64,000 bases of DNA, from NCBI RefSeq assembly GCF_009914755.1, contig NC_060925.1; one strand, 5' to 3'. This stretch comes from the human T2T-CHM13v2.0 reference genome, Homo sapiens. Positions 33,004 to 46,487 of this stretch are shown piece by piece. The notes under the pieces are model-generated. The model had not been told where the DNA came from. It searched no databases and saw only the letters and a list, made by a program, of their open reading frames with translations. The translations under genes were made by a program, and so were the position numbers. The first letter of the stretch is position 1. Every line of letters starts with the position of its first letter.

Positions 33004-34032
33004 CAGTATTCCCCCCTGTTATTCAATCCTTGATTTTGCTTTCTCCCAGTTTCAGTTACTTATGGTCAACTGTGGTCAAAAAATATAAAATGGAAAATTC
33101 CAGAAATAAACAATTTATACGTTTTAAATGACATGCCATTCTGAGTAGTGTGATGAAATCTCATTCCATCCCACTCCATCTTGCTGGGGACTTGAATCAT
33201 CCCTTTGTCCAATGTATCCATGTGTGCTACCCAGCACTAGTCACTTAGTGGCTGGCTCAGTTATCAGATCAACCATCATGGTATCACAGTGACCATGTTC
33301 AAGTGATCCTTATTTTATTTAATCATGGCCCCAAAGTCATTATACCAAAGTAGTGATGTTGACATATCGTTATAATTGCTCTATTTTATTATTAATTATT
33401 GCCATTAATCTCTTACTGTGCCTAATGTATAAATTAAACTCTATCATAAGTATGTATGTATAAGAAAACTCTATCATAGGTGTGTATCTATTGGAAAAAA
33501 CAGTACGGTGCTCCTTGACATATGATGAGGTTTTGTCCCTATAAGTCCACCACTACTTGAAAATGTTATAAATCGAAATCCATTTAGTATAACTAATCTA
33601 CCAAACACTATAGCTTAGCCTAGCCTAATTTAAATGTGCTCAGAACACGTCCATTTGCCTACAATTGGGCAGAACATCTATCACAAACCCTATTTTATAA
33701 TGTTGTTGAATATATCATGTAATTTTTAAAATATTGCACTGGAAATGAAAAACAGAACAGTTGTACGGCTACTCAAAGTACAGTTTCTATTGAATGTGTA
33801 TCATCGATAGATGATTTTTTTTTACTTTTTGACTCTCATCACCAGAAAGTCAAAAAAAAAGGTAAGTTGAATTATCATTATATATACTTATGGAATATGT
33901 ACATGTACATATATATGGTACATGTGCATGTTGATATACCATATGTATATATAAAGTTTGTTTCTATTCATGGTTTCAGGTATCCCCTGGGGATGGTGGA
34001 ATGAATTCCCCATGGATTAGGGAAGCCTACTG
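33004..34032 (+). mobile_element. MER44 (Tigger7 family) DNA transposon
   Basis: TA|CAGTA...TACTG|TA; aaatggaaaattccagaaataaacaatt. Confidence 0.85.
33506..33880 (+). mobile_element. Tigger3a (MER7A) nested in MER44
   Basis: tagcttagcctagcctaatttaaatgtgctcagaacac. Confidence 0.85.
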
Positions 34033-35654
34033 TACTTAGGGTTCTCCAGAGAAACAGAACCTATAGGATATCTATAGATACATGAGAAGGAGATTTACTA
34101 TAAGAATTGGCTTATCATATAATTATGGAGGCTGAGAAGTCTGCAAGCTGGAGAGCCAGGAAAGCCAGTGATGTAATTCAATCCAAGTTCAAAGGCCTAA
34201 GAACCAGGGATCTGCTGTCGGAAGTTCTGAAGCCCAAATGTCTGAGAATCAAGAGTTTCAACGTCCAGGGACAAGAGAAGAAGGATATCCCAACTTGAGA
34301 AGAGAGAGAGAGAGAAGTCACCATTTCTCTCCCTTTTTGTCCTATTTGAGTCCTCAATGAATTGGATGATGCCCACCCACACTGATGGGAGCTGATCTTT
34401 ACACAATCTGATTCAGATATTAACCTCTTCTGGAAACACCCTCACAGTCACCCAGAAACAAAGTTTTACCAGTTATCTGGGCATCCCCTATCCCAGTCAA
34501 GTTGACACATAAAATTACCCATTATGATATTTTTTAAAATGTATTTTCCTCTATATTCTTCAAGTTACTGATATATTATTTGCTATTTTCAACATGAGCA
34601 ATATCCAACTAGCTAAGAACTCATGATTCTCTCTACTACTACAAACTTTCACAAATTAAAAATGTACCCCCACATTGTTGGACTGAGTCAGTGAGAGGGG
34701 TAGGATCGTGCAATTTGTGTAGCCAACACTACCAGCAGCAATTGCCAGTCATCTACCATCACTGCCAAAGCTCTGTTTCTTCTTCTTTTAGGCTCTTTTT
34801 TGAAATCAGAAACTCAATTGACATTTGCTAGAGTGTAAAGCTTCCACTAAGCCTTGGCTCAATTTTGGTGTGAAATCAAGCTTTCCAAATCATGTGTGGA
34901 ACTAGGCTGAATTCCAGGTTCTGATACTCCCTATCCCTTTCCATCCCTCAAGAGTCCGCCTCACTACCACTGTCTCCTTACGGGGAAAACCCTTCGGCTT
35001 GACATTCCTTCTTGTCTGATGTGTAAAAGCCAGGTGGCCTTCTTCCCAGACTTAATTTATTTGCCAATTCTCTCTGTCATTTTTTGAAGAGGACAAAATA
35101 GGGGAATCCTATCTTCTTGTAACTTTAGAAATGTTGTAAGATACTGGGCTTTGTTTTCTGATTTTTAGGAGGTGTTTTTTAGGATTGAAATGAAGATTTG
35201 AGATCTCTAAATTTCTGCCAATCTTCTGACTGTTTCTGCAATTATTTGGGATCCAAGTGTTACAATAACAGTGAATTTTCTGCTAATACACTGTAAAAAA
35301 AGAAAAACCTATCAATTTAGCTGATTGTTTGGGTCTCACATTTAGAATATAACCACAAAGTTTAAAAAGAGTCGCCACAACTGGGTCTTTCTAAATTTTT
35401 TTTTAAACTTTAAATGGCAGAGTAGAAAATCAGTGCAATGAGATTTTCCTCCAAAAATATTTGCTGACATATTTAATCACCATAGACAAACCAATGGTTC
35501 AGATAAAATTTCTCTTTCTGCTTCCAAAGAAAATAATTATTAAAACGTATCAGCAGTTCTCAAATTGAGCTAATTGCATCTCTGCTCCACTTCATTTGCT
35601 TGTCTGTGTCTGATTCACACTCCTTTTCATTTCCCAGCCATTTAAGGCTGGCTG

Positions 35655-35970
35655 ATTTCTTAGGTAAGGCAAAGCCACACTGCAGTAACAAATAATTTAT
35701 TTTTTGGTTCACAGGTCAGGACTTTCACAATTATCCTCTATGTGGAAACTTAGAGATCTAGGCTTCTTCCATTGTGTATCCATGTCAGTGGGAACATGTA
35801 GGTGCTAAAGTCAAAATACCAGGAAAAGGTGTGAGTGACGTAGCTTACTGGCTCTTCTTCCCTGCAATGGGTACACTTACATTGTACTGTCTGGAGCCAT
35901 CATATATAAGGGAGGCTAGGAAATGTAGAAGAACACATAGGTAGTTGGTGAGCACTAATCACTTCTGCCT
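35655..35970 (-). mobile_element. MLT1 (J/L-like) fragment
   Basis: ctgcagtaacaaataa...aagggaggctaggaaatgtag...ttggtgagcact. Confidence 0.5.
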
Positions 35971-37056
35971 CAAGAGTGAACTTTTAAAACCAGGCTCATG
36001 CTTTCTCTTTTTCCCTGAGTTTCTAATGTTACAATTTTGCTCATCATGAAAGAACGTTTTGTGGTTTTATTCCAAGCTTAGCAACTCTTTTTTTGGGAGT
36101 ACATTAAATTTCCAGCAACTTGGTAACACAGTTTTTCGTAAACATTTATTTACTCTGTCAGGGTCTTTGAGTTAGGCTGGAGGCAGGAGGTGAAGAGCTT
36201 GTCAATAGAAGCCTAGCTGCCTCTTTTGGTCATAGAAAAGGGAAATGAAATGTGGGACTCAGTCAGGTATGGAGGGGCTCTTTTAATTTATCTAAAGAAT
36301 TTGTCATGTGAATCTAGTTCCATGTGTGCAGGAAAGTTAAAAAGAGAAAGCCCTGATGAATCCATTGGAAAGTACCGGTGTAAATCTACTACATGTTATT
36401 ACTTGCCAACATATATTTTTCATGTTTTAATAAATCACAAAACAGTATTCACAATCTCACTCACTAGGAAAAAGTAGAAAATAGTTATCCTGTTCTTTCA
36501 GGAAATGAATTCTCATCAGCTAGCCTAGTGACCAGTTTAAGCAGAAATGATTTCAAATTTGCCTATACAGTACAGGAGAAAATGCATGTGGCTATATTAA
36601 AAATGTCTTCACACCATGCAAACACTACACAGAACCACCAATAAATAATATCTAGCCTGAAATGCAAATAAATGCCAGCTCAGAATTAAGGGAATACAGA
36701 GAGAGAAAAAGAAAAACTGTGGTAACGAATGACTAAAATATGGGGCTAGGACATTCTCCAAGCAGGTTAGGCCAGGTGATTTACCTATGCAGATCATTAT
36801 CCTTGGAGGTTTTGGTCCACATCTAAAAGATGAGTAAATTGATAAAGAATAAATCAGACTAAGTCCCTCCTGCTACTTATGTAGAAGAACCCATGTAATT
36901 CACTGGGCCTCAAGACTCCCATTGTCACAACTATAAAAAATGTTTCAAAATACATTATGGCATGTAGCTAGTTTAGGTAAGCACTGGAATTTTTGATGCC
37001 ATCCAAGATGATAACCTGATTGAACACACACACTTACACACATATACATCAAAACC

Positions 37057-37271
37057 AGTAGCTCTCAACCAGGGGTGATTTCGCCCCTCATGGAATATTT
37101 GACAATCTCTAGAGAAATTTTTCATTGTCAAAACTGTATGGATGGTACTGGCATCTAGTGAGTAGTGGCCAGAAATGCTGATAAGCATCCTGTAAGGGCA
37201 GAGCAGGGGGACTCCCCACCAAAGGATTATCCTATCTAAAGCTTCAATAATACTACTGTTTAGAAACTCTG
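37057..37271 (+). mobile_element. MER20 hAT-Charlie MITE (near full length)
   Basis: cagtagctctcaaccaggggtgattt...tactggcatctagtgagtag...ttagaaactctg. Confidence 0.9.
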
Positions 37272-37739
37272 TCCTGAACATTAATAATGCTTTTTCAGGA
37301 TAATGAAACTGAGAGTGATTGTTGTTCCTTCTTTGTTCTTTCCTATATTCTGGATTATTTACAAAAGGTAGGTATTTTTGCTTTTTTTTTTTTTTAATCA
37401 AGAGAGAAGGAAATTTCATTTGGGAAAAAAAATATTATATTAACATATTTGAATAAATTTACATTTAGACCTAGACAAGTGTGGTTCAGATCACGCTGGA
37501 AACTTTCATTGTCAAGTAGAAAGATGGCAGATTCTATTCTGTGACCTTCCAATTCCAACGAATTTGTGCTGTTTTTCACTGTTACAACTGCTGCTCAACT
37601 TCGCAGAATTGCATTGTTGTAATCCTAAAAGTGAATTTGCTACTCATCATTCTTACAATAAAACCACAATGTCTAAAGGATTCATGAATCAGATGCTGAC
37701 TGAACTGATCAGGAGTTGGGAAAGACGATTCCTGATTAT

Positions 37740-37900
37740 CTCAAACCATCCTAAACATTGTAGGCTATTTATCATCCCTGCCCCCCCTACTAAATACCAG
37801 TAAGACCCCTCCCATTCAGTCATATAATAATGAAAATTCCCAAATACATTTCCAAACACTCCTTTTTAGGGGCTATAAACAGTCCTGGCTGAGAACCATT
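37740..37900 (-). mobile_element. MER20B/MER81-like hAT MITE fragment
   Basis: cattgtaggctatttatcatccctg...ggctgagaaccatt. Confidence 0.4.
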
Positions 37901-38173
37901 CAAGAAGATGATTTCCAAAAGTTTTTTCCAATCTTAGGATTCTTTGATTTCCCATATACCAAACAGGCCCCCATTCTTTCATTCAGGAAAACATTTTTTT
38001 CTCAAATAGAAACATCAATATTCTCAGACTTCTCATATTGAAGAAATGTCATTTTATAGGTAACTTGGGTTTTGATCAGTTAAATCAAAATGAATTCAAG
38101 AGACAAAACAATAGATGGTAATATAAAGGTCTGAGTGCAGCCAGTGGGAACTGAATGTTTATTAAGAACTGTT

Positions 38174-38472
<299 letters not shown>

Positions 38473-38770
38473 AGGCCAGGCGCAGTGGCTCACGCCTGTA
38501 ATCCCAGCACTTTGGGAGGCCGAGGCAGACGGATCACGAGGTCAGGAGATCGAGACCATCCTGGCTAACATGGTGAAACCCCGTCTCTACTAAAAATACA
38601 AAAAAATTAGCCAGGCGTGGTGGCGGGCGCCTGTAGTCCCAGCTACTCCAGAGGCTGAGGCAGGAGAATGGTGTGAGCTTGCAGTGAGCCAAGATTGCGC
38701 CACTGCACTCCAGCCTGGGCAACGGAGCGAGACTCTGTCTCAAAAAAAAAAAAAAAAGGAAAGATAAAAA
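38473..38770 (+). mobile_element. AluY in the AluSp tail, 14-bp internal deletion
   Basis: ggatcacgaggtcaggagatcgagaccatcc; gtgtga^gcttgcagtg; outer TSD AAGAA(C/A)TGTTG. Confidence 0.92.
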
Positions 38771-38995
38771 AGAAATGTTGACTTCATGTGATTGGTAAGA
38801 GCATTTTCAAAGATTTGACATTTCTCTTAAAATTACTGATTGCTTCTAATATGAGTTCTTAAGTAAATGCTATAAATAACCAAAATTTCCTCATCTCCAT
38901 GACTTAATTTTATACATTTGGTCAGGTGCATTATTGTCTAAAGAGTTGTCTTTGGAAGTATTGTTACAGAATATTTTAACTAAATTTTTGCACTA

Positions 38996-39374
<379 letters not shown>

Positions 39375-40149
39375 TTAAATAATTTTTATTTCTTGTGGAG
39401 ATATACTTTTCTTAGACAAATTGTCATGGACAAACATATTTAGTGACTTTGAATTTATTTTATTAAGGTACAATAAAATCCTTTTCATTTGTCAGCTGAC
39501 ATACAGGGAAAGGTACACTGGGCTATGATTAGAAGACCACCTTAAGGTAGAGTTACAAGCAGAAGAGGAAGAAAAGAATTTTAAAAGTGGACTGGTGATC
39601 AATTTAGTGGCTAAGTAAGCCAATAATAGCAGGACTCTAGATTATTAGGAAGTTAATTTGTTTCTTGATGTAAAATACTTGCAGTGTTTTGACAGAAGTC
39701 CGTAACTTTTCTAGAGACATATAATTAAAATTATTTTGAATATGCAACATATGTGACAGAATGCTATGTAAGTTTTTAAGTAAAAACAACTTGAGTCTTG
39801 GATTTAAAAAAAACACCTTTATGAGGACTATAGAATAGCTCTTTTAGAAAAATTTGTGTTATGGGAAATTTCAAATACATACAGTGATAGAGGGTATGTA
39901 TGATGAACTCACAAGTGGACATTATCCAATTTCAACCATTACCATCACAAGGCTACTTTTGCTGTTTGAATATGTTTCAATATATTTTAATTTTGACAAA
40001 TACCTCTCTGACTGGATGAATTTAGGAGAATCTTTCCCAGGAAGCGTGGACATAGCCTGCATATGGGATATCACAGGATTTCCCCTTTCAGTCTCCAAAT
40101 AACTACTAATATTTCAGAAAGATTAAGATCCAGGATGAAAACATCAAAT

Positions 40150-41830
40150 CGCATACACCCATTTACTTTTTCTCCCTCCAGAAGTCCCACCAAAACTATC
40201 GTAAGTATACTTTTGAGGGTCATTATCTCACAGTAATGAGGAGTACAGTAGAAAAGATGGGAGCAATAAGGTCTGGAAGTTGGAAAGCAGGTGGAAGAAC
40301 GATATATAACTGAACTCTAAATGGGAACCAGGCAAAGCTAAAAACCAGTCCCATTTACATCTCAGAATCTCTGAAGAATTTAAGAATGGAAAACTAATCC
40401 CAGAATGATAGCAGCCATCCTTCAACTCCACACAGGTGACTAGAGGATCATTCTCTGCAGAATCTAACTGACGTAAGGTAAAGCCCAAAGATAGAGATAT
40501 CAGAGTCTTTCCAATCAACCAGCCCTGCCAGATTACCCTACAGCAAAGCTCACAGATAATAATTCCCTTCCAGGTCTCACAGCTTCCAGTAAGTTTTATT
40601 TCCCCACTTTGAATATGAGACAACTGAGTGGTACCAGACATCTGAGGAAATTATCTAACATAATAAATTGAGATCACAATAATCAAATAGAAAAAGAAAT
40701 GTGGAGGAAAAGTGGACTATAGATCAGCGTGAACTCAAAAACAAAACAAAACAAAAAACTATCATCAATATCCTCAGAGAGACAAAAGAATGTACTACAG
40801 CCATGAAACAAAAATAGGGTATTATTTATAAAGCATTTTTAGAGAAACAGGAGAGCTCTTGGAAATGGAAAAATACCATAACAGATATGCAAAACTTAAT
40901 AGCTAACACTGAGTACATCTGCCAGAAATGGAAGGAAAAGAAATAAATGGGAAATAGAAGAAAAAGATTAGAAAATAAAAGGATCAATCCAGATGATCCA
41001 ATCTCCAAACAACTGAAGGAAAAGAACAGAGAACACAGAGAAAAATTTCCCAGGAAGAAAAAAACGAAAAATTTCCCCACCGAGTGCCAGCAAAAATTAT
41101 AAAATATAGTCATATCACAGAACTTCATCAGAAAATGTCTAAACACCAACGGCAAAAGCTTCTAGAGTTTTTTGTTTGTTTGTTTGTTTGTTTTAAAAAA
41201 AAGAGTTCATATACAAAGAAACAAGGATCAGAGTAGCGTTGGAATTCTTGACTCTGGAAAAAATCCCCCAGTCTTAATAAGGTAAATGCTGAAAACTATT
41301 CCAGCCAAAATTATAATATTGAGTTGAATAAGAAAGGAAAGTGAATAAGAAAGTGGGAAAGGAGGAGAGTGTGAGTGTTGACAAAGTGAGACCTTCCTGA
41401 TAGCTCAACAATTTTACATCAGAAGAAGATCCTACAGAACACTGACTGAGAGGGCTAAATTGTTGAATTGCTTACAATCAGACTCTAATACTGAGTGTGT
41501 GGGAGAGGGGGTGGTGGGGAACTAGAGAAGACAGAGCTAAAACCTTGCTCTCCATAGCAGGGAGTCAGTAGATAATGCTTAAAATTAAAAAAATCAAAAG
41601 GCAACAATATGTTATTTAGAAACATAAGATAAATACCATGCACACACATTCAGAGAGAGAGAGAGATTTAAAAGGAGCAAAAACGGTTTCTCTGGGGAAG
41701 GCAAAGGTGACAAAAGAAGGGAGAGAAAGATTATTATTTGCTCATACCAAATCGTATTTGTTTGATTATTAAAATTAATAATTTGAGTTCTAAAATTTGT
41801 ATAATTTTGGTAAAAATTCTAAAACTGCAA
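40150..41830 (+). mobile_element. HAL1/L1ME-like ORF1-type remnant
   Basis: A-rich ORF1-like block (ggagagctcttggaaat...ggatcaatccag); 3' part tccatagcagggagtcagtagataatg. Confidence 0.55.
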
Positions 41831-42222
41831 CATTGACTTAAAAAAGAAAACTGTGTTCAATGTTTTTGTATTACTTGTAAATTGATAGTTGTGTTAATTT
41901 CATTTGGATAGACTCCTCATATAATCCGAACACCCCATTTTCTAACACTTCTGAATAGCCTGCAGTCCTCTGTGTATGTTAGAAAACTGCTGCAAGGCAG
42001 ATTTGAGAATGAGCTTTGACAAAAGTTATGAAAGTAAAACAGAAAACAACTGACCCACACAGTGTTTAATATGTCTGCTGGGCACACAAACATTTAATTA
42101 GCTGAAATGTGTTGACAAAGTAAGACCTTTCTGATGGCTCAACAATTTTACATCAGAAGAAGATCCTACAAAACTGACTGAGATAGTTAAATTGTTGAAT
42201 TGCTTACAATCAGGTTCTAATA
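41375..42222 (+). repeat. Dispersed direct duplication 41375-41490 / 42109-42222
   Basis: About 90% identical 116/114-bp copies. Confidence 0.95.
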
Positions 42223-43141
42223 TCTACACATACTTTGTCTCGAGACAGGCTTAAAGAGCAATATGGAGCTTTAAAAACCACTAGTAGGTATTCATCAGAT
42301 GATAATTTTCAGCCACTAGAGACTTAAAGTGAAAGTATAGTACTGATGCGGCCACAGCCCTACTTCCTAGTTATTTGCTGATGAGAAGCAGAAATCTAAA
42401 CTCTTCATAACTTAAATTATTGATTTACTCTACTTATTTTTTAAAATTAGAGCAGCTTACTAATAGACCTAACCATTTCCATGTGCACCAGGACCAGTGT
42501 TCTCCTTCTACACACCACCACCACCATCAAATATAAAAAATGCTGGCATTTAGAGATGAGTAAACTGTGATTTAATTCATAGGAAAAACAGAATGTATCT
42601 ATGAGAATCATTGATGTTTTCAACCATCAGATCAGCTATTTCAGAATATATCTGAGGAGATGTGAGAACAGTGTGTTGTTTTTTAAATAGATTAATGTTT
42701 TAATATTTATAGAGGGCTCATACTAATCATCAATATGCAAAAGGAAACTTCCACACAGTTCAAAGAAAATGCAAAGATGTCTAAATTAAATGAGTTAAAA
42801 ACCAGGACACGAAAGTAACAATAGAATTGAATACTTTTATTTATGATTTCTGCTACCAGACATTCCAAACATTAATGTCATACTGAAAAATATTGATCAT
42901 CATTCCACAATTACAAGACCGAAAAGTCTCATACTTGTGTCTTTATGTTAATAATTTAATACAATTAAAATAATTTCGATTTATTTATTTTATAATTGGC
43001 ATAGCTCTCTTATTGTTAATTTCCTTTGGTTTTTTAGACTATAGCAAGCTCTGAGCAATCAATGGGGAAAATAATGATATGACATGAAATATAATAAAGT
43101 TATTTCAAAATGCATGCACCATTTTAAATTTGCATGAAGCC

Positions 43142-43433
43142 TTTTTTTTTTTTTTCATGCGGAGTCTCTGTCGTCCAGGCTGAAGTGCAGTGGCGCTGTC
43201 TCGGCTCACTGCAAGCTCCGCCCCCTGGGTTCACGCCATTCTTCTGCCTCAGCCTCTGGAGTAGCTGGGACTACAGGCGCCCGCCACCACGCCCAGCTCA
43301 TTTTCTGCATTTTTCGTAGAGACTGGGTTTCATCGTGTTAGCCAGGATGGTCTCAATCTCCTGACCTCGTGATCCGCCCGCCTTGGCCTCCCAACGTGCT
43401 GGGATTACAGGTGTGAGCCACTGCGCCCGGCCA
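43142..43433 (-). mobile_element. AluY
   Basis: gcaagctccgcc...gttagccaggatggtctcaatctcctgacctcgtgatcc. Confidence 0.93.
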
Positions 43434-43599
43434 GCTTTTCTTAAAGGTAGTTAGCCATGTCCATATAGTTAAGAGTTGTGCTGTAATTCTGCTGTGAGAT
43501 TAAAAATCAGGTATATGATTTAAAATATATAATATTCTCACTATTTAGTAACTAGAAAAGTCAGGGTCATAATTGGTGTGACCAAATTTTCTGACACTA

Positions 43600-44355
43600 G
43601 ATTGGGAGAGTTCTGAGACTTTTTACTGCTTACACGTCTAGGTCCACCAGGAATAGTCCAAGAACACATACCGGCTCCAAATGATTGCAACTTTATTTCA
43701 CAAATGCTCACAAACTATTATTTCATAATTGATTTTAGAATCCTGCCTAGATCTATTGAGGGAACTACAGTTTATAAATAAAATATCTTGATACTTACTG
43801 AAAATGTAGATCTTATCTATCCTTACAAATCTTTCATGATTCTTTCAACATTTCCTACATAAGTTCAGTAATATTATCTTCAAGTTTCCTGCAATTTGTC
43901 TGAATTCAGATATGTAAATAGTTTAGATTGCCAAAGATCTCAGAGCCTGCATAGAATATATACTTCAGACGGACAGGGAAGCCGGTTGTGCACAAACTCT
44001 TGTCCATCATTAGTCGAAGATTTCTTTCAAAAAAAAAATAATTCTCAAACTTGGGTTTGAAAATTAAGAAATTTGGGTTTCAGTTCCTCTTCATTAACAT
44101 TTGTTCTACCCTTTTCATTGAAGGTACGGATAATTGTTCTTGACAGAGGAGGAAGAAGCAACATTGGTTCTGTTTTTGACATTGGTTAATGCACATTCCT
44201 CATATCTTTATTATTCATACTTTACTTTCTAAGATAGCCATTTGCGTTGTCTCCAGAAATTTTCAGGGGCATTGGTTTATTCCAGGTTTACAGTTTTTTG
44301 GTTTATCCATATTCATCTTTAAGCTTTCCCTAATTTATTTTGCCATCTACTTTCA
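43600..44355 (-). mobile_element. CR1/L3 LINE remnant
   Basis: Minus-strand translation near 43.85 kb (RKLEDNITELM*EMLKES) resembles CR1 ORF2 KELADVIAEPLSIIFEKS. Confidence 0.4.
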
Positions 44356-44379
44356 AAATCTGACCCAATCTGAGACCAC

Positions 44380-44830
44380 CCGTCTTAGATTAGTTTCCAC
44401 TAGAAAATCTTGAATGCAAGTTTATAAATGGTAGGTTATCCTAGGCAGCGCCCACAGTAAAGTGAGTGAGACAAGGAAAGAAGGAAGCCAATGCAAGGCA
44501 TGTTACAAATTAGGATGCCACTGTGGCCAACAGGGGCTCAGATCTGCTGAGGAGCTTACGGAGACTGCAGAGAGCCCATCTCAGAGGGGCAAGGAAGCTG
44601 GCTTTTCATGCAAAAACTCTTGTCAACCATTAGAGTCTTCCTCAGAAATATTAACATCTTTGGCTCCCCCTTGCAGGCTGAGAACTCTCCACCTTCCCAA
44701 GAAACATCTCAAGCGAAGAGTTGTAGGTGTTTACTGTAGGAAGTTCTTCGGTGAGGTATGCAAGTTCAGGAACCATATGTGTCCAATGGATATAAACAGG
44801 ATACTGAGTTCATCAGCTCCAGCACACTAA
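44380..44830 (-). mobile_element. LTR16-family ERVL LTR
   Basis: agtgagacaaggaaagaaggaagccaat...ctgtggccaacaggggctca. Confidence 0.65.
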
Positions 44831-45037
44831 GGTGACTAATATATCCCTTTGGAAAACATTCATTCTTTACCGTGATGAGATCATTTCTTATATCATTATT
44901 AGAGTATGTTTTCAGAAATTCCAAATCCTACTAACCCATCCTCTCCATTACAGCCTCAAATCACATAGGCCTACTATGTTTCCTTTAATTTTTGAAACTC
45001 ATTTCCCTGATGTATATGGTAAATACTGGAGTGAAAC

Positions 45038-45387
45038 TGTAGTGTGACAGGTCCCCCAACAGGTTACTTAAGGTTGTATGTCTGCTGCTTGAACCCTGAA
45101 GGCCGAGGAGTGAGCCACAGCCACAGTGCCCAGCTGAGAACCCAAACATCCTAGAGAGGATCTGAGAACATACCAAAAAAAATAGTCCCATTGTGTACAC
45201 ACAGCAGACAAAGAGCCAGAAACTTAAAAGCGGCTCAGAGATGGGAGGTGGCACGGATCCCTTAAAGCTGTCTCGCTGCCATCCAGGAGTGTCTCATAAT
45301 CAATTCCTAATAAACTCACCTACTCACCAAGCTAGACTTGTCTGATTCATTCTTTGGTCTCTCAGTTTCCTCTCAGTTTAGGGGAAG

Positions 45388-45448
<61 letters not shown>

Positions 45449-45470
45449 ATTCTGTTTTTTTCTCAGTATG
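45038..45470 (+). mobile_element. LTR32 ERVL solo LTR
   Basis: tgtagtgtgacaggtcccccaacaggttacttaagg...ctgagaacccaaacatcc...cctaataaactc. Confidence 0.8.
45391..45442 (+). repeat. (TA)26 microsatellite
   Basis: Direct inspection. Confidence 0.98.
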
Positions 45471-45802
45471 GAGCCAATTGTTCCTCTTGCCCATTATTCT
45501 AACATGATAACTCCACTGTTTCATAGCTTCAGCTAATAGAAAGGATCTCAATGTTCTCATGCATAAAGTGAAGATAACAGCATATCTGTTTCATAGGTTG
45601 CAAAGATAAAGTAGATTAAGGTGTGTAAAATGTTTATCATAGTTAATAAAAAATTGTAAGCACACCAGTGTCAGCTGTTATATTATTGTCATTGTGATTT
45701 TTAATTACTCCTTTCTCTAAAGATTTTTCTTAACCTCCATTTTTCCTTCTTAATCAAAATTATGCCTAGAAGAGTAGCTCCCTTCATCTCTACATTTTAG
45801 AA

Positions 45803-46007
45803 CAGGGTTTCTGCAGCACTATTAACATTTAGGGTTAGATAAACAGTTATGGTGGGAAACAGGTCTATATATTGCAGGATGTTTAGCAATATCCCTGGCC
45901 TCTACTGACCCTGTTCCAGTAATACCCTCACCCTGGGTTGTGACAACTAAAAATGTCTCCAAATACTTATTGTCAAATGTCCCCTGCAGGTGGAGGGCAA
46001 AATTATT
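45803..46007 (-). mobile_element. MER20
   Basis: gcaggatgtttagcaatatccctggcctctac...gttgtgacaactaaaaatgtctcc. Confidence 0.85.
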
Positions 46008-46487
46008 AGGAGAAAAGTAATACATGACAAATAAACAAGAACTCAATAAATATTTCTTGAAAGAAAGACAAATGGGTAAAAAAGGAATTAAGGAGGGAGA
46101 GAGAGAAGGGAGGGGAGAAGGAAAGGGGGATTAAAGAAGGAAGGAAAGAAGGTATTTCCCACAATAAATGGCAGAGTGTATCCTATGTACCACCTTGAGT
46201 TGAATGGAAATACCAGCAGATGAACTGACAGCTAATGTTCCCCAAGGCTGCTGCCATATAGTGTTTCTGTATCCATTTTATGATCAGATTCATGGACATA
46301 CATTCCCTGTGTTTAACCTGGACATGCAGTCCTCTGTTAAATTCTTTTGTCCTATTACTCGGTACCCAAATGTTCTTCAATCTGCCTCAACCTTCCGGTT
46401 CATGAGTTTTTACGATAGGTGAATATTGTCTTGACGAATGCCATTACTTGATTTCTTCTGCTTAGAGCTCTAAGCAGAAATATATAT

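Larger units (their letters stand above)
32997..34525 (-). mobile_element. MLT2 (C/D-like) LTR, split 7 bp from its end by MER44
   Basis: tgtatta (32997) + [MER44] + cttagggttctccagagaaacagaacc...gttgacacataaaatta. Confidence 0.85.

Noticed and set aside
36150-36272. Possible plus-strand exon ending CAG|GTATGG
   Set aside because: Weak acceptor and no coding or other support.
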